Positions 41,475 through 51,137 of a stretch of DNA of 57,913 nt are shown one piece after another. The stretch spans positions 1-57,913 of the forward strand of contig JAZNTT010000047.1 of NCBI GenBank assembly GCA_045591885.1. The letters are read 5' to 3'. Every line of letters starts with the position of its first letter. Positions within the stretch are counted from its first letter, which is position 1. The stretch comes from Eubacteriales bacterium. Its GTDB lineage: Bacteria > Bacillota > Clostridia > Oscillospirales > CAG-272. The notes under the pieces are model-generated. The model worked only from the letters and a program-made list of their open reading frames with translations, was not told the origin of the DNA and made no database searches. The translations under genes were made by a program, and so were the position numbers.

Positions 41475-42755
41475 ATGGCAGATAAAAGAAAAGTAGGCAC
41501 AGTATGCGTTCAGGGCGGATACACACCCGGAAACGGCGAGCCGAGACAGATACCGATAATTCAGAGCACGACGTTCAAATACGCGATGGGCGAGGCGATG
41601 GGAAAGCTATTCGACCTCGAAGCGTCGGGATATTTCTACTCGCGCCTTCAGAACCCGACCTGCGACACGGTTGCGGCAAAAATTTGCGAGCTTGAGGGCG
41701 GAACTGCCGCTATGCTCACCTCCTCGGGTCAGGCGGCGTCCTTTTACTCCATTTTCAATATAGCGTCCTGCGGCGACCACATCGTGTCAAGCGCTTCTAT
41801 CTACGGCGGAACGTATAACCTTTTCGCCGTTACTATGAAGCGAATGGGAATCGAGTTTACCTTCGTTTCCCCCGACTGCTCCGACGAGGAGCTTGAAAAG
41901 GCGTTCAAGCCTAATACCAAGGCGGTGTTCGGTGAGACAATTGCAAACCCCGCGCTTACTGTTTTCGATATCGAAAGATTTGCGAATGCCGCACATAAGC
42001 ACGGCGTTCCGCTGATAGTTGATAATACCTTCGCGACCCCCGTAAACTGCCGTCCGTTCGAATTTGGGGCAGATATAGTAACTCATTCGACGACTAAGTA
42101 TATGGACGGTCACGGCGCGGCAGTCGGCGGATGTATCGTCGACTCGGGTAAGTTCGACTGGACGAAATACCCCGACAAATTCCCCGGTCTCTGCACGCCC
42201 GACGATAGCTACCACGGCGTGACCTATACCGAGCGCTTCGGACTCGAAGGCGCGTATATAACGAAGGCGACCGCACAGCTGATGCGTGACTTCGGCTCGG
42301 TTCAGTCGCCACAAAACGCATTCATTCTCAACCTCGGTCTTGAAAGTCTGCACGTGAGAATGAAGCGTCACTGTGAAAACGCCGAAAAGATCGCAAAGTA
42401 TCTTGAAAACAACGACAAGATCGCGTGGGTAAACTATCCCTCGCTTGAATCCTCACCTTATTATGACCTCGCTAAAAAGTACCTGCCGAACGGCTCATGC
42501 GGAGTCGTAAGCTTCGGCGTAAAGGGCGGACGCGAGGCGGCGCAGAGCTTTATGGGCAAATTGAAGATCGCCGCTATCGAGACGCACGTCGCAGACGCGC
42601 GCTCCTGCTGTCTGCACCCCGCCAGCACGACTCACCGTCAGATGTCCGACGAGGAGCTTGAAAAGGCAGGCGTTCCCTCCGACCTCGTTCGTCTTTCCGT
42701 TGGTCTTGAGGACGCTGACGACCTTATAGCAGACATCGAGCAGGCGCTGAATTAA
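41475..42755 (+). CDS. metY: O-acetylhomoserine aminocarboxypropyltransferase (sulfhydrylase), PLP-dependent
   Basis: [36 protein letters not shown]...[11 protein letters not shown] (PLP-Lys)...[16 protein letters not shown]. Confidence 0.9.
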   Translation: MADKRKVGTVCVQGGYTPGNGEPRQIPIIQSTTFKYAMGEAMGKLFDLEASGYFYSRLQNPTCDTVAAKICELEGGTAAMLTSSGQAASFYSIFNIASCGDHIVSSASIYGGTYNLFAVTMKRMGIEFTFVSPDCSDEELEKAFKPNTKAVFGETIANPALTVFDIERFANAAHKHGVPLIVDNTFATPVNCRPFEFGADIVTHSTTKYMDGHGAAVGGCIVDSGKFDWTKYPDKFPGLCTPDDSYHGVTYTERFGLEGAYITKATAQLMRDFGSVQSPQNAFILNLGLESLHVRMKRHCENAEKIAKYLENNDKIAWVNYPSLESSPYYDLAKKYLPNGSCGVVSFGVKGGREAAQSFMGKLKIAAIETHVADARSCCLHPASTTHRQMSDEELEKAGVPSDLVRLSVGLEDADDLIADIEQALN

Positions 42756-42837
42756 CAAGTTACATTGTTTTTGGAACGGCGGGAGCAAGCCCCCGCCCTA
42801 CAACAGTAGCTTAATATTAACCCAAAGGAAAACAAAA

Positions 42838-43764
42838 ATGCCGATAAAGATACCGAATAATCTCCCTGCCGCCGAGATCCTATCACGCGAAAACATATTC
42901 GTGATGGATGAAACGCGCGCGGAGGGGCAGGACATACGACCGCTTCAGATACTGATTCTGAACCTGATGCCGAAGAAGATAGAGACCGAAACACAGCTTT
43001 CGCGTCTGCTTGGAAACACGCCGCTTCAGGTTGAAATGGAGCTTATAAAAACGAGCACCTACGAATCGAAAAACGTAGCGAAGGAGCACATGCTCAAATT
43101 CTATAAGACGTTCTCCGACGTAAAGCACCGCAACTTCGACGGAATGATAATAACGGGCGCGCCCGTTGAGCAAATGCCGTTCGAGGAGGTCGAATATTGG
43201 GAGGAGCTTTGCGAGATAATGGAGTGGAGCAAGACCCACGTTCACAGCACCTTCCACATCTGCTGGGGCGCGCAGGCAGGTCTCTACTACCATTTCGGAA
43301 TTGAAAAGCGCGCTCTTGACAGCAAGCTTTCGGGCGTATATCCGCACCGCGCCGATTATAAGAATTCAATGCTTCTGCGCGGATTTGACGACGTTTTCCC
43401 CGTTCCGCAGAGCCGTCATACGACGGTCGACCGCGCCGACGTTGAAAAGGTCGAGGGACTTAAGATCCTCGCATCGTCGGATGAATGCGGAGTCTACGCG
43501 ATGGCGACGAAAAACGGCAAGCAGATATTCATAACGGGTCATAGCGAGTACGACGCATATACGCTCTCGGACGAATATTTCCGTGACCTCGACGCAGGGA
43601 AAAATCCCCATATTCCGGTAAATTACTTCCCGAACGACGACGTTTCGAAGCCTCCGATAGTGACGTGGCGCTCACACGCAAATCTGCTCTATTCGAATTG
43701 GCTTAACTACTTCGTCTACCAGACGACCCCGTTCGACCTTTCAAAGCTCGACGAAAAGGAATAA
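42838..43764 (+). CDS. metA: Homoserine O-acyltransferase (MetA family)
   Basis: [23 protein letters not shown]...[20 protein letters not shown]...FHICWGAQA is the typical MetA pattern. Confidence 0.92.
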   Translation: MPIKIPNNLPAAEILSRENIFVMDETRAEGQDIRPLQILILNLMPKKIETETQLSRLLGNTPLQVEMELIKTSTYESKNVAKEHMLKFYKTFSDVKHRNFDGMIITGAPVEQMPFEEVEYWEELCEIMEWSKTHVHSTFHICWGAQAGLYYHFGIEKRALDSKLSGVYPHRADYKNSMLLRGFDDVFPVPQSRHTTVDRADVEKVEGLKILASSDECGVYAMATKNGKQIFITGHSEYDAYTLSDEYFRDLDAGKNPHIPVNYFPNDDVSKPPIVTWRSHANLLYSNWLNYFVYQTTPFDLSKLDEKE

Positions 43765-43770
43765 TGAATC

Positions 43771-43802
43771 AAAAAAACAGACGGCATAAGCCGTCTGTTT
43801 TT
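43771..43802. terminator. Bidirectional Rho-independent terminator
   Basis: AAAAAAACAGACGG-cataag-CCGTCTGTTTTT lies between the convergent metA and GH2 genes. Confidence 0.85.
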
Positions 43803-43820
43803 GCGTGTCGTGATGTTGTT

Positions 43821-45527
43821 TTATATCTTTAATTTCTCTCCAATATCGGCAAATTCCTCGGGAGTTACCTTAATAACGGCGCGGTCGTAGGTGATAAGAC
43901 CGTTAATTTCGTCCTCAACGTCGGTAAGCTGCGTGTAGACCGAGGCACAAAGACCGTCTTTGGCAAGGGGGATTATCTCATTTTCGTAGAGCTTGCGAAG
44001 TGATGAAACGAATTCCTCACGGCTTTCGCATTTTCCGTATCCGTACGCCTTGTCGGGATTGAAAACGTGGTTTTCAACGCGGTAGCTGTAACCGCCGAAT
44101 TCCGATAGGAACAGAGGCTTGCTTCCCGCCTTCAGCTTCACCTTTCGGAAGTAAATGTGACGGCTGTCGAGGTCGGTTTCTTTACAACGGTACCAGCCCG
44201 ATGCGGTGTCGATATATCGGGTCGGATCAAGCGCCTTCAAACGGCGGTAAGCGGAGTCACCGTCAAACTGTCCCCAGCCCTCGTTGAATATCGTCCAAAG
44301 GCAGATTGAGGCATGGTTTTTGAGAAGTGCGACAGTCTCGTCAAGGTGCGAAAGGAACGCCTTTCGGCTTCGCTTGTCGGGGTGGAGCTTCTTGTCACTA
44401 CGCGAAATAAGTCCGATAGTCGGAAGCGCAGTATCTAAGAAAAACGAGTATTTTCCGTTGTTGACCATGTCCTGAAAAACGACGATACCGTGCTTGTCGC
44501 AAAGGTGGTAGAAATAGGGATGTTCGACCTTTATATGCTTGCGTAGCATGTTAAAGCCGAGGGCTTTTGCTTGAAGAATGTCGTTTTCAATGCACTCAAC
44601 CGATGCGGGAGTGAAGATGCCGTCGCTGAAGTATCCCTGATCGAGAAGCCCGTGGAAGAAATAGGGCTTTCCGTTCAGACACAGACGCTGATGCGAATCA
44701 ACTGTCTTGATCTCAAGCGAGCGGAGAGCGAAGTAGGAGCGCACGGTGTCGCTCTCGGTAACAATTTCAAATTCATATAAATAGGGGTCCTCGGGTGACC
44801 ACAGACGGGGAGAATCAAGCTTTACCTCGGCTTTTCCGTCCTTGAGAGGGAAAACGACCTGCCCGTCGGGAGTACTTACCGTGACCGTTCCGTCCTCAAT
44901 TTGACCGCTAAAATGCGCGGTAATTATAGGATTATCGGGCGTAGTCGGAAGATCAAGACGCTCAATGTAATTTTCCTTCACGCTTTCAAGCCAAACGGTC
45001 TGCCAGATACCGCTGACGGGCGTGTACCACATTCCGCCGCGCTTATTTGATTGCTTTCCGTAAGGGAGAATAAGAGATGAAAGACGGTCGCGGACGAAGA
45101 CGGCGAGGGTATTGTTTTCGCTCAAATACTCGGTAATATCAAAGGAAAACGGAGCGTAGCCGCCGATATGCGAGCCGAGCTTGTTTCCGTTAAGAAAGAC
45201 CTCGGCAACCTGATCGACAGCGCCGAAATGAAGAATAACGCGTCCGACCTTAAAGCCGTCGGGAATCGAAAACTCGCGCTTGTAGCAGAGCGTTTTGCTT
45301 TCGTCGAAGACCTCGTTTATCCCCGAAAGAATCGACTCGGGCGGATAGGGAACGAGTATCTCGCGGTCAAAGACCGGGTTTTCTTGAGAGTCGCAAACAC
45401 CGAAGCTCCACTTGCCGTTGAGATTTATAAACGAATCACGAACGAGCGTCGGACGCGGATATTCGGGAAGCGGAATATCGCCGATGCTCTCGGCGAAGGG
45501 GGTCAAAAGCTGATTAAATTCAGACAT
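43821..45527 (-). CDS. Glycoside hydrolase family 2 (compact, 568 aa)
   Basis: N-terminal sugar-binding domain pattern (LNGKWSF...FLNGNKLGSHIGGYAPFSFDIT). TIM-barrel motifs WTIFNEGWGQ (acid/base) and LSEFGGYS (nucleophile). Confidence 0.85.
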   Translation of the reverse strand: MSEFNQLLTPFAESIGDIPLPEYPRPTLVRDSFINLNGKWSFGVCDSQENPVFDREILVPYPPESILSGINEVFDESKTLCYKREFSIPDGFKVGRVILHFGAVDQVAEVFLNGNKLGSHIGGYAPFSFDITEYLSENNTLAVFVRDRLSSLILPYGKQSNKRGGMWYTPVSGIWQTVWLESVKENYIERLDLPTTPDNPIITAHFSGQIEDGTVTVSTPDGQVVFPLKDGKAEVKLDSPRLWSPEDPYLYEFEIVTESDTVRSYFALRSLEIKTVDSHQRLCLNGKPYFFHGLLDQGYFSDGIFTPASVECIENDILQAKALGFNMLRKHIKVEHPYFYHLCDKHGIVVFQDMVNNGKYSFFLDTALPTIGLISRSDKKLHPDKRSRKAFLSHLDETVALLKNHASICLWTIFNEGWGQFDGDSAYRRLKALDPTRYIDTASGWYRCKETDLDSRHIYFRKVKLKAGSKPLFLSEFGGYSYRVENHVFNPDKAYGYGKCESREEFVSSLRKLYENEIIPLAKDGLCASVYTQLTDVEDEINGLITYDRAVIKVTPEEFADIGEKLKI

Positions 45528-46806
45528 TCTTTTCGTCCTTTTTGAGATTTGTTAAAATGAGATATACGGCAAGAACGACCGATACGATAAGCGCCCAAAC
45601 AAAAATGCGCTCGTCGGGTAAAAACGATTTCGTGCCGTCGCTGTTAATTATCTCTTTCGCGTTTTCAAGCACCTTAGCGCCGATTGCCGGCCCGATAACG
45701 CCGGGAATAAGCACCTGACAAACGATTCGTAAGCCCTGAAACATTCCCGCCTTGCCCTCTGGTGTCCTGTCACGGAGCATCGCGCCGAAAACGGCGTTAC
45801 CGCAAAGATAACCGACCATGACGAGCAGGGAGCCGATAAACACGGGAACGGTGGCCTTTACAAAGCACATAATAACGTATCCAATGGCAAGCGTGGTAAC
45901 GGCGGGGAAAATCACCTTTTTGTACCCGAAGCGGTCATAAAGCCGTCCGTAAAGCACCGAAGCTGCCGCCGCAATTATAATGGCGGGCGCCATTATGAGA
46001 ACGTAGTTCTCCATTTTCAGAGACACCTCATAATAGATTATGAGGTACGGCATGAACACCTGTATCGAAATTCCGAAAAGCGCAAAGGCAATAAGGGTAA
46101 TATAAAGCCCCTTGTTCTGCCTTATAACCGACGGGCGGAAGCCGTAGATGATGTTGGCGAAATACTTCGAGTTTTCCTCGCGCCGAGTGGTACTTTCCTT
46201 GATAAGAAAAAGTCCGAGAATACCGATAATAAATACCGCAATACCGATGATAAGGAAAATCGCAGTCCAGCTCGAGCCGCGGTCAAGATCAAAAGCCATA
46301 AATCCGCCGAAAACTGCAAGCATCGCAATAAGCGGCATAACTGCATTTACGCCCTCAGCCGCACCGCGGTTTCCTTCCGAGGTCTCGTCGGTCAGCCAAG
46401 CGTTAAAGGCGGCATCGTTCGCACTTGATCCGAAAAAGGTCATAACGCAGTCGATGATTATGGTAAGCGACACGCCGATCGACGCCGCCGATAAGGTCGG
46501 GAAAAGGGAATTAAGAACGCCGTTGTTTATAAGCGCAAAGGACATGATCGAAAGTCCCCACGCAATATAGCCTCCCGCCATAAATATCTTTCGCTTACCG
46601 ATCTTGTCGGAAAGCGCACCGATAATTACCGTGGTCAGCGTTGCCGTGACCGCAGAAGCGGCGACCATGAGGGAAATATCGTCAGGTCCCGCCGCGAAGC
46701 GCTTGTATATGAATACGTTAAGGTACATATTCTCGATGACCCACGCGACCTGTCCGATAAGGGAAAAGACGGTAAGGGTCAGCCAGAATCTCTTTTTACT
46801 GTTCAA
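45520..46806 (-). CDS. MFS transporter
   Basis: 12 TM-like segments. TTG start behind AGGAGG. It overlaps both neighbouring genes (8 nt and 11 nt). Confidence 0.8.
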   Translation of the reverse strand: MNSKKRFWLTLTVFSLIGQVAWVIENMYLNVFIYKRFAAGPDDISLMVAASAVTATLTTVIIGALSDKIGKRKIFMAGGYIAWGLSIMSFALINNGVLNSLFPTLSAASIGVSLTIIIDCVMTFFGSSANDAAFNAWLTDETSEGNRGAAEGVNAVMPLIAMLAVFGGFMAFDLDRGSSWTAIFLIIGIAVFIIGILGLFLIKESTTRREENSKYFANIIYGFRPSVIRQNKGLYITLIAFALFGISIQVFMPYLIIYYEVSLKMENYVLIMAPAIIIAAAASVLYGRLYDRFGYKKVIFPAVTTLAIGYVIMCFVKATVPVFIGSLLVMVGYLCGNAVFGAMLRDRTPEGKAGMFQGLRIVCQVLIPGVIGPAIGAKVLENAKEIINSDGTKSFLPDERIFVWALIVSVVLAVYLILTNLKKDEKNV

Positions 46807-47848
46807 CCTTGCTTTCCTCCTTTTTGGGAGCTAAATTTCCGCCGAACGGAGCAGGTACGATAAATTTGTCGACTATCGGCATGGCAACGTCGACAAGAAT
46901 GACCGCAATAAGCGCAGTCAGACCCGCGGCGACGTATCCGCGCAAAAGCATCGTGATTAAACCCGCGGCAATACCGCAAAGAGCAGTACCAAGAGTAGTC
47001 TTAGCCGCTCTTCGTGGCTCGGACATCAGAAATACGGCAACGAGAAGAGTATTTGAACCGAGCATATTGTAAATTGCGCCGTCAAAGGCGATAAAGTCGG
47101 ATGCTGCCTCAAGCGACGGAGAAAGATACGCATAAACTCCGACAGTAAGAATAAAGATCAGCGGCAAAGCGATCTTGACGGTTTTTCTTACCAGAAGATA
47201 AATCAAGCCAATAATTAGAACAAGACCCGATATTTCACCGATGCGCGCGGAATTAAGTCCGAAGAATACTTCAAATGTCGTCGTGTCGGGAAGGAAGCCC
47301 GATAAAACCTTTTCAAGCGGAGAAGCAGGTATCGCCCTGAAGGACTCAAGCTCAAAGGCGAAGGGGTCAAGATTCTGTCCGACCTCGGGAATGACGTTCG
47401 TTATTCCGGGAAAAAGAAGAAATACGAGCAGAACAGAAGCGGCAACGTGCGAAACGGAGAACCTGAGCTTGCCGCATCCGAGCTTGATCGCGGTTGCGAA
47501 GACGGCGGTCATTATCGGAAGCCAGAGAGGGGAAGATGCGGGTAGAAAAAGCGCGATAATAACGCCGCTTACCGCAGGTGTAATATCAAAGTGCGCTTCT
47601 TTTTTCAATACGGTCCTTGAGGCAACGTCAAGGCCCATCATCATTACCGCCGAGATAAGTGCGATGGTAATGGGTCTGAATCCGTAGTGATAAACGCTTA
47701 ATAAGAAAAGGGGAATGGTTGCAATAATGGTATCAATGCGAAGCGATCGCGCACGTTCGGGAAGCGGAAGCAGAGGATAACGCGTAACTTCCTTAAAGCT
47801 TTTGGGACGGCGCGACGGACGGAGGCAGTGATTCCGGTTACTGTTCAT
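46796..47848 (-). CDS. RnfD/NqrB-family membrane protein (orphan)
   Basis: FLMSEPRRAAKTTLGTALCGIAAGLITMLLRGY...AVILVDVAMPIVDKF matches the conserved C-terminal RnfD/NqrB block (FMATDxxTxP...G..G...R...N...P..D). The start at 47848 follows GGAGGTGG. Confidence 0.75.
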   Translation of the reverse strand: MNSNRNHCLRPSRRPKSFKEVTRYPLLPLPERARSLRIDTIIATIPLFLLSVYHYGFRPITIALISAVMMMGLDVASRTVLKKEAHFDITPAVSGVIIALFLPASSPLWLPIMTAVFATAIKLGCGKLRFSVSHVAASVLLVFLLFPGITNVIPEVGQNLDPFAFELESFRAIPASPLEKVLSGFLPDTTTFEVFFGLNSARIGEISGLVLIIGLIYLLVRKTVKIALPLIFILTVGVYAYLSPSLEAASDFIAFDGAIYNMLGSNTLLVAVFLMSEPRRAAKTTLGTALCGIAAGLITMLLRGYVAAGLTALIAVILVDVAMPIVDKFIVPAPFGGNLAPKKEESKVEQ

Positions 47849-49118
47849 TTTCAGCCACCTCCATATCGCCATCGTAAAAATCGGGATCCTCGCCGTCAAT
47901 ATCGACAGAAACGAGTCCGCTGTCGTGACGGAACTTGATTATCGTTTCGGCAAGCGGGATGTCGGACGGACAAACGTAAGAACATGAGCGGCACTCAAAA
48001 CAGCCCGCCGCGTAGAGAGCGAGGGAAGAGTCTCCCTTTCCGTTTTTGACCTTGGAAAAAATGTCAATGGGCGAAAGCCGTGCAGGACAAACGCCGGAGC
48101 AACGGCGGCATCCGATACAGCTGATCTCCTCCCTTTCCTTTATCGGCTCAACGGGCATTACCACGATGGCTTCAGTGCGTTCGGTCATCGTTTCGCCCGT
48201 TATCTCCGCGCCAAAGAGATTTTCTGCGCAGACAGCGCGTTCACCGTCGCCAAGAGAGGCAACCTCCTTCAGCGGAGAGCCGAAGGGAAGGGTGAAAACG
48301 TCGACCTCGCCGCCAAGCTCGGCAACCGTCAGATAGCCTCGGCAGAACGGAATACCCTCAACGAGTGCGCGGTAGCAGGCAAAGCAGAGAAGCGGCGATA
48401 TTACGGGATAGCCCGCATCGAAAATATCCTTTGCGGCATTTATCTCGACGTTATAAAGCGCGGAAAGAGTGAGCTGCGGAATTGCCGCAGGGAGCTTGTC
48501 CTTCGTCAGAACTATCTTAAACATCTTGCTCTTTTTCGGTATATGCGTGTAAAGATTTTCTGCGGCGGTAAGATCGGAACGGGGAATTGCAAAATTGCAG
48601 GTTCTCGCGCCGAGCAGCTTCATAATTATTTTCGCGCCGAGAAGCACCTTTTCGGGGAAATTGCGAAGTATAAACAGACGGCTGTCGTTATAGAGTGATC
48701 CGCCGCAGTCAACGGTGAGGTGTCTCGGGTCACGCTTGCCTTTTTTTATGGGAGCGATACCGCGTTCGAGCAGAAGAGAGGAAAGCTCACTTTCCATCAT
48801 GTCTGCAATATTTTTTTTCGGCGCGTCAAAAGGCGCTTCGGCCTCCGCCTTTGCGTCGGTAAGAAGCGTTATATCAACCCTGTTTCCGATGTGGTAGATC
48901 TGCTCCACCTTACCGCCGACACCCGCAAAAACCGCGGGAGAGGTATCGGTTGCGCGTGCGATCAATCCGAACTGCTTAACGGTGTCGCCCTCATTGAGAA
49001 CGCATTCAGCCCCGTTTTTGAGTGAGAGGAACAACCGCTCGGGCAGGTGATTTATTGACTCCTCGGGCGGAGCGTATTTTCTTGCGAACGGAATGCCTCC
49101 GCGATAGCTTTTAGCCAT
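47838..49118 (-). CDS. RnfC-like protein with two 4Fe-4S ferredoxin motifs and no recognisable NADH/FMN glycine-rich motif
   Basis: RnfC-type N-terminus (YRGGIPF...GDTVKQFGLIA...FAGVGGKVEQI). CIGCRRCSGVCP and CFECRSCSYVCP are present. The start at 49118 follows GGGAGAA. Confidence 0.75.
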   Translation of the reverse strand: MAKSYRGGIPFARKYAPPEESINHLPERLFLSLKNGAECVLNEGDTVKQFGLIARATDTSPAVFAGVGGKVEQIYHIGNRVDITLLTDAKAEAEAPFDAPKKNIADMMESELSSLLLERGIAPIKKGKRDPRHLTVDCGGSLYNDSRLFILRNFPEKVLLGAKIIMKLLGARTCNFAIPRSDLTAAENLYTHIPKKSKMFKIVLTKDKLPAAIPQLTLSALYNVEINAAKDIFDAGYPVISPLLCFACYRALVEGIPFCRGYLTVAELGGEVDVFTLPFGSPLKEVASLGDGERAVCAENLFGAEITGETMTERTEAIVVMPVEPIKEREEISCIGCRRCSGVCPARLSPIDIFSKVKNGKGDSSLALYAAGCFECRSCSYVCPSDIPLAETIIKFRHDSGLVSVDIDGEDPDFYDGDMEVAENEQ

Positions 49119-49341
49119 AATTTCTCCCGAATAAAGAAAATTTATATTACCATTATACCTTAATTCCATATAAATTACAATAATAAAGAGCTATTTTCTT
49201 TTGTTATGTAAAATATGACGGCTTTTTTGCAAAAAAAGTGCCGCAAACGGTTATATGATACCGTATGTTCAAGATTTGTTTATATTTCCGTGCTATACTG
49301 TATGAGTGAAAATTTGTCAACCGATAATGGGGGATATATAA

Positions 49342-50322
49342 ATGATTAAAATACAAAATCTGACAAAAAGCTTCGGCAGCAATATAGTGCTGAATAACGT
49401 TAGTTTTGAAATAGGAACGGGTGAAATAGTCGGCTTCCTCGGGCCTAACGGCGCAGGAAAAAGTACCACCATGAATATTTTGACGGGCTTCCTTTCCTTT
49501 ACCGAGGGAAAGGTCGAGGTCGACGGTCTTGATATGTTCGATTTCCCGAATGAGGCAAAGAAGAGCATAGGCTATCTTCCCGAAACGCCCCCGCTCTATC
49601 CCGAGATGACTGTAACCGAATACCTCAATTTCGTATACGAGCTTAAAGGCTGTACCCTCGATAAGAAGAAGCACATCGAGGAAATACTTGAGGTCGTCAA
49701 GCTCACCGATGTAAAGAAGCGCGTGATCGGTCACCTTTCAAAGGGATACCGTCAGCGTATAGGAATCGGACAGGCGCTTATCGGAAACCCGAAGGTAATA
49801 ATCCTCGACGAGCCGACAGTAGGTCTTGACCCGAGACAGGTAGTTGAGATAAGAAACCTTATAAGAACTCTCGGCCTTAACCACACCGTTATCCTCTCGA
49901 CACACATTCTTCAAGAGGTTCAGGCGGTATGTGACCGAGTTATCGTAATAAACCGCGGAAAGATAGTTGCGGATAAGCGCACAGAGGACCTCGCGTCGGC
50001 AGTTGAGGGCAACCGCCGTTTGAGCGTCAAGGTCTGCGGCCCCGAAAAAGAGGTAACGCAGGCGCTTCGCGCACTTCCGGGCGTATATTCGGCGGAGTGC
50101 CTCGGAAATCTCGATTCCGACAGCTACTCCTTCGTTATCGAGAGCGATTCCGCTATTGATATAAGAAAACCGCTCTTTTCAATGCTTGCCCGCAACGGCT
50201 GGCCGCTGATCGGAGCTGAAGCTTCAAACGTCAATCTTGAGGACGTATTCCTTTCGCTGATAAACAACGGAAGCGACGATAACAAGAAAAAGCGCAGAAG
50301 CAAAAAGCGTAACGCTAACTGA
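49342..50322 (+). CDS. ABC transporter ATP-binding protein (ABC-2/GldA-like subfamily)
   Basis: Walker A GPNGAGKST, signature LSKGYRQR, Walker B IILDEPTVGLD. Confidence 0.92.
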   Translation: MIKIQNLTKSFGSNIVLNNVSFEIGTGEIVGFLGPNGAGKSTTMNILTGFLSFTEGKVEVDGLDMFDFPNEAKKSIGYLPETPPLYPEMTVTEYLNFVYELKGCTLDKKKHIEEILEVVKLTDVKKRVIGHLSKGYRQRIGIGQALIGNPKVIILDEPTVGLDPRQVVEIRNLIRTLGLNHTVILSTHILQEVQAVCDRVIVINRGKIVADKRTEDLASAVEGNRRLSVKVCGPEKEVTQALRALPGVYSAECLGNLDSDSYSFVIESDSAIDIRKPLFSMLARNGWPLIGAEASNVNLEDVFLSLINNGSDDNKKKRRSKKRNAN

Positions 50323-50339
50323 AAGGTAGGGCAAAAATA

Positions 50340-51119
50340 ATGTTTGCAGTATTTAAAAGAGACTTCGTGTCCTATTTTACAACCCCGATAGGCTACGTCT
50401 TCATGGCGATCTTCCTTGCGGTAAACGGCGGACTTTTCTCGCTCAGTACCCTTCAGGCAGGCGCCGAGGCGAGCATTTCGGGATACTTCTCAATGGTGAC
50501 CCTTATCATCGCAGTCGTCATTCCCGTGCTTACGATGAAGAGCTTTTCCGAGGAAAAGAAGCAGAAGACGGAGCAGCTTCTTATGACCTCCCCCGTCAGC
50601 ATCGGCAAGATCGTTATGGGAAAATTTCTCTCGGTATATACGATATTCTCTGGCACCTTCATTTTCGGAACGATATTCAATTTCTCGGTCTATCATGAAT
50701 TTGCCGATTCGCTCTATCTCTGGGTCGTTGAGGACGCAAAGAGAGAAGGAGCAATAACGAGATGGGACGTCTTTTCCCACTTTGCGCTTTCGATAATCGG
50801 CCCGACGATAGCTGTTCTTCTTATCGGCGCGGCGTTCGCGGCGATCGGAATATTCATTTCCGCACTTTCCGAAAACCAGCTCGTATCGCTTATCGGAACG
50901 ATCGCGATCCTGCTTTGCTTTATGTTTATCGCCTCGTTCAATTACCTTATTCCCTTCGCACCCGTGCGCGAGGTTCTTGAATGGCTCTCGGTATACAGCC
51001 GAAACGGAAACTTCATTTACGGCATATTTGATTTTGCCGCAATAGTCTATTATATCTCGATATGCTTCGTATTCCTTTTCCTGACGGTACGCGTATATGA
51101 GAAGCGCCGTTGGGCATAA
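50340..51119 (+). CDS. ABC-2 type permease (GldF-like)
   Basis: MFAVFKRDFVSYFTTPIGYVFMAIFL is the typical ABC-2 permease N-terminus. Six TM-like segments. Confidence 0.85.
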   Translation: MFAVFKRDFVSYFTTPIGYVFMAIFLAVNGGLFSLSTLQAGAEASISGYFSMVTLIIAVVIPVLTMKSFSEEKKQKTEQLLMTSPVSIGKIVMGKFLSVYTIFSGTFIFGTIFNFSVYHEFADSLYLWVVEDAKREGAITRWDVFSHFALSIIGPTIAVLLIGAAFAAIGIFISALSENQLVSLIGTIAILLCFMFIASFNYLIPFAPVREVLEWLSVYSRNGNFIYGIFDFAAIVYYISICFVFLFLTVRVYEKRRWA

Positions 51120-51137
51120 GAGAGGAGAGATGATACG

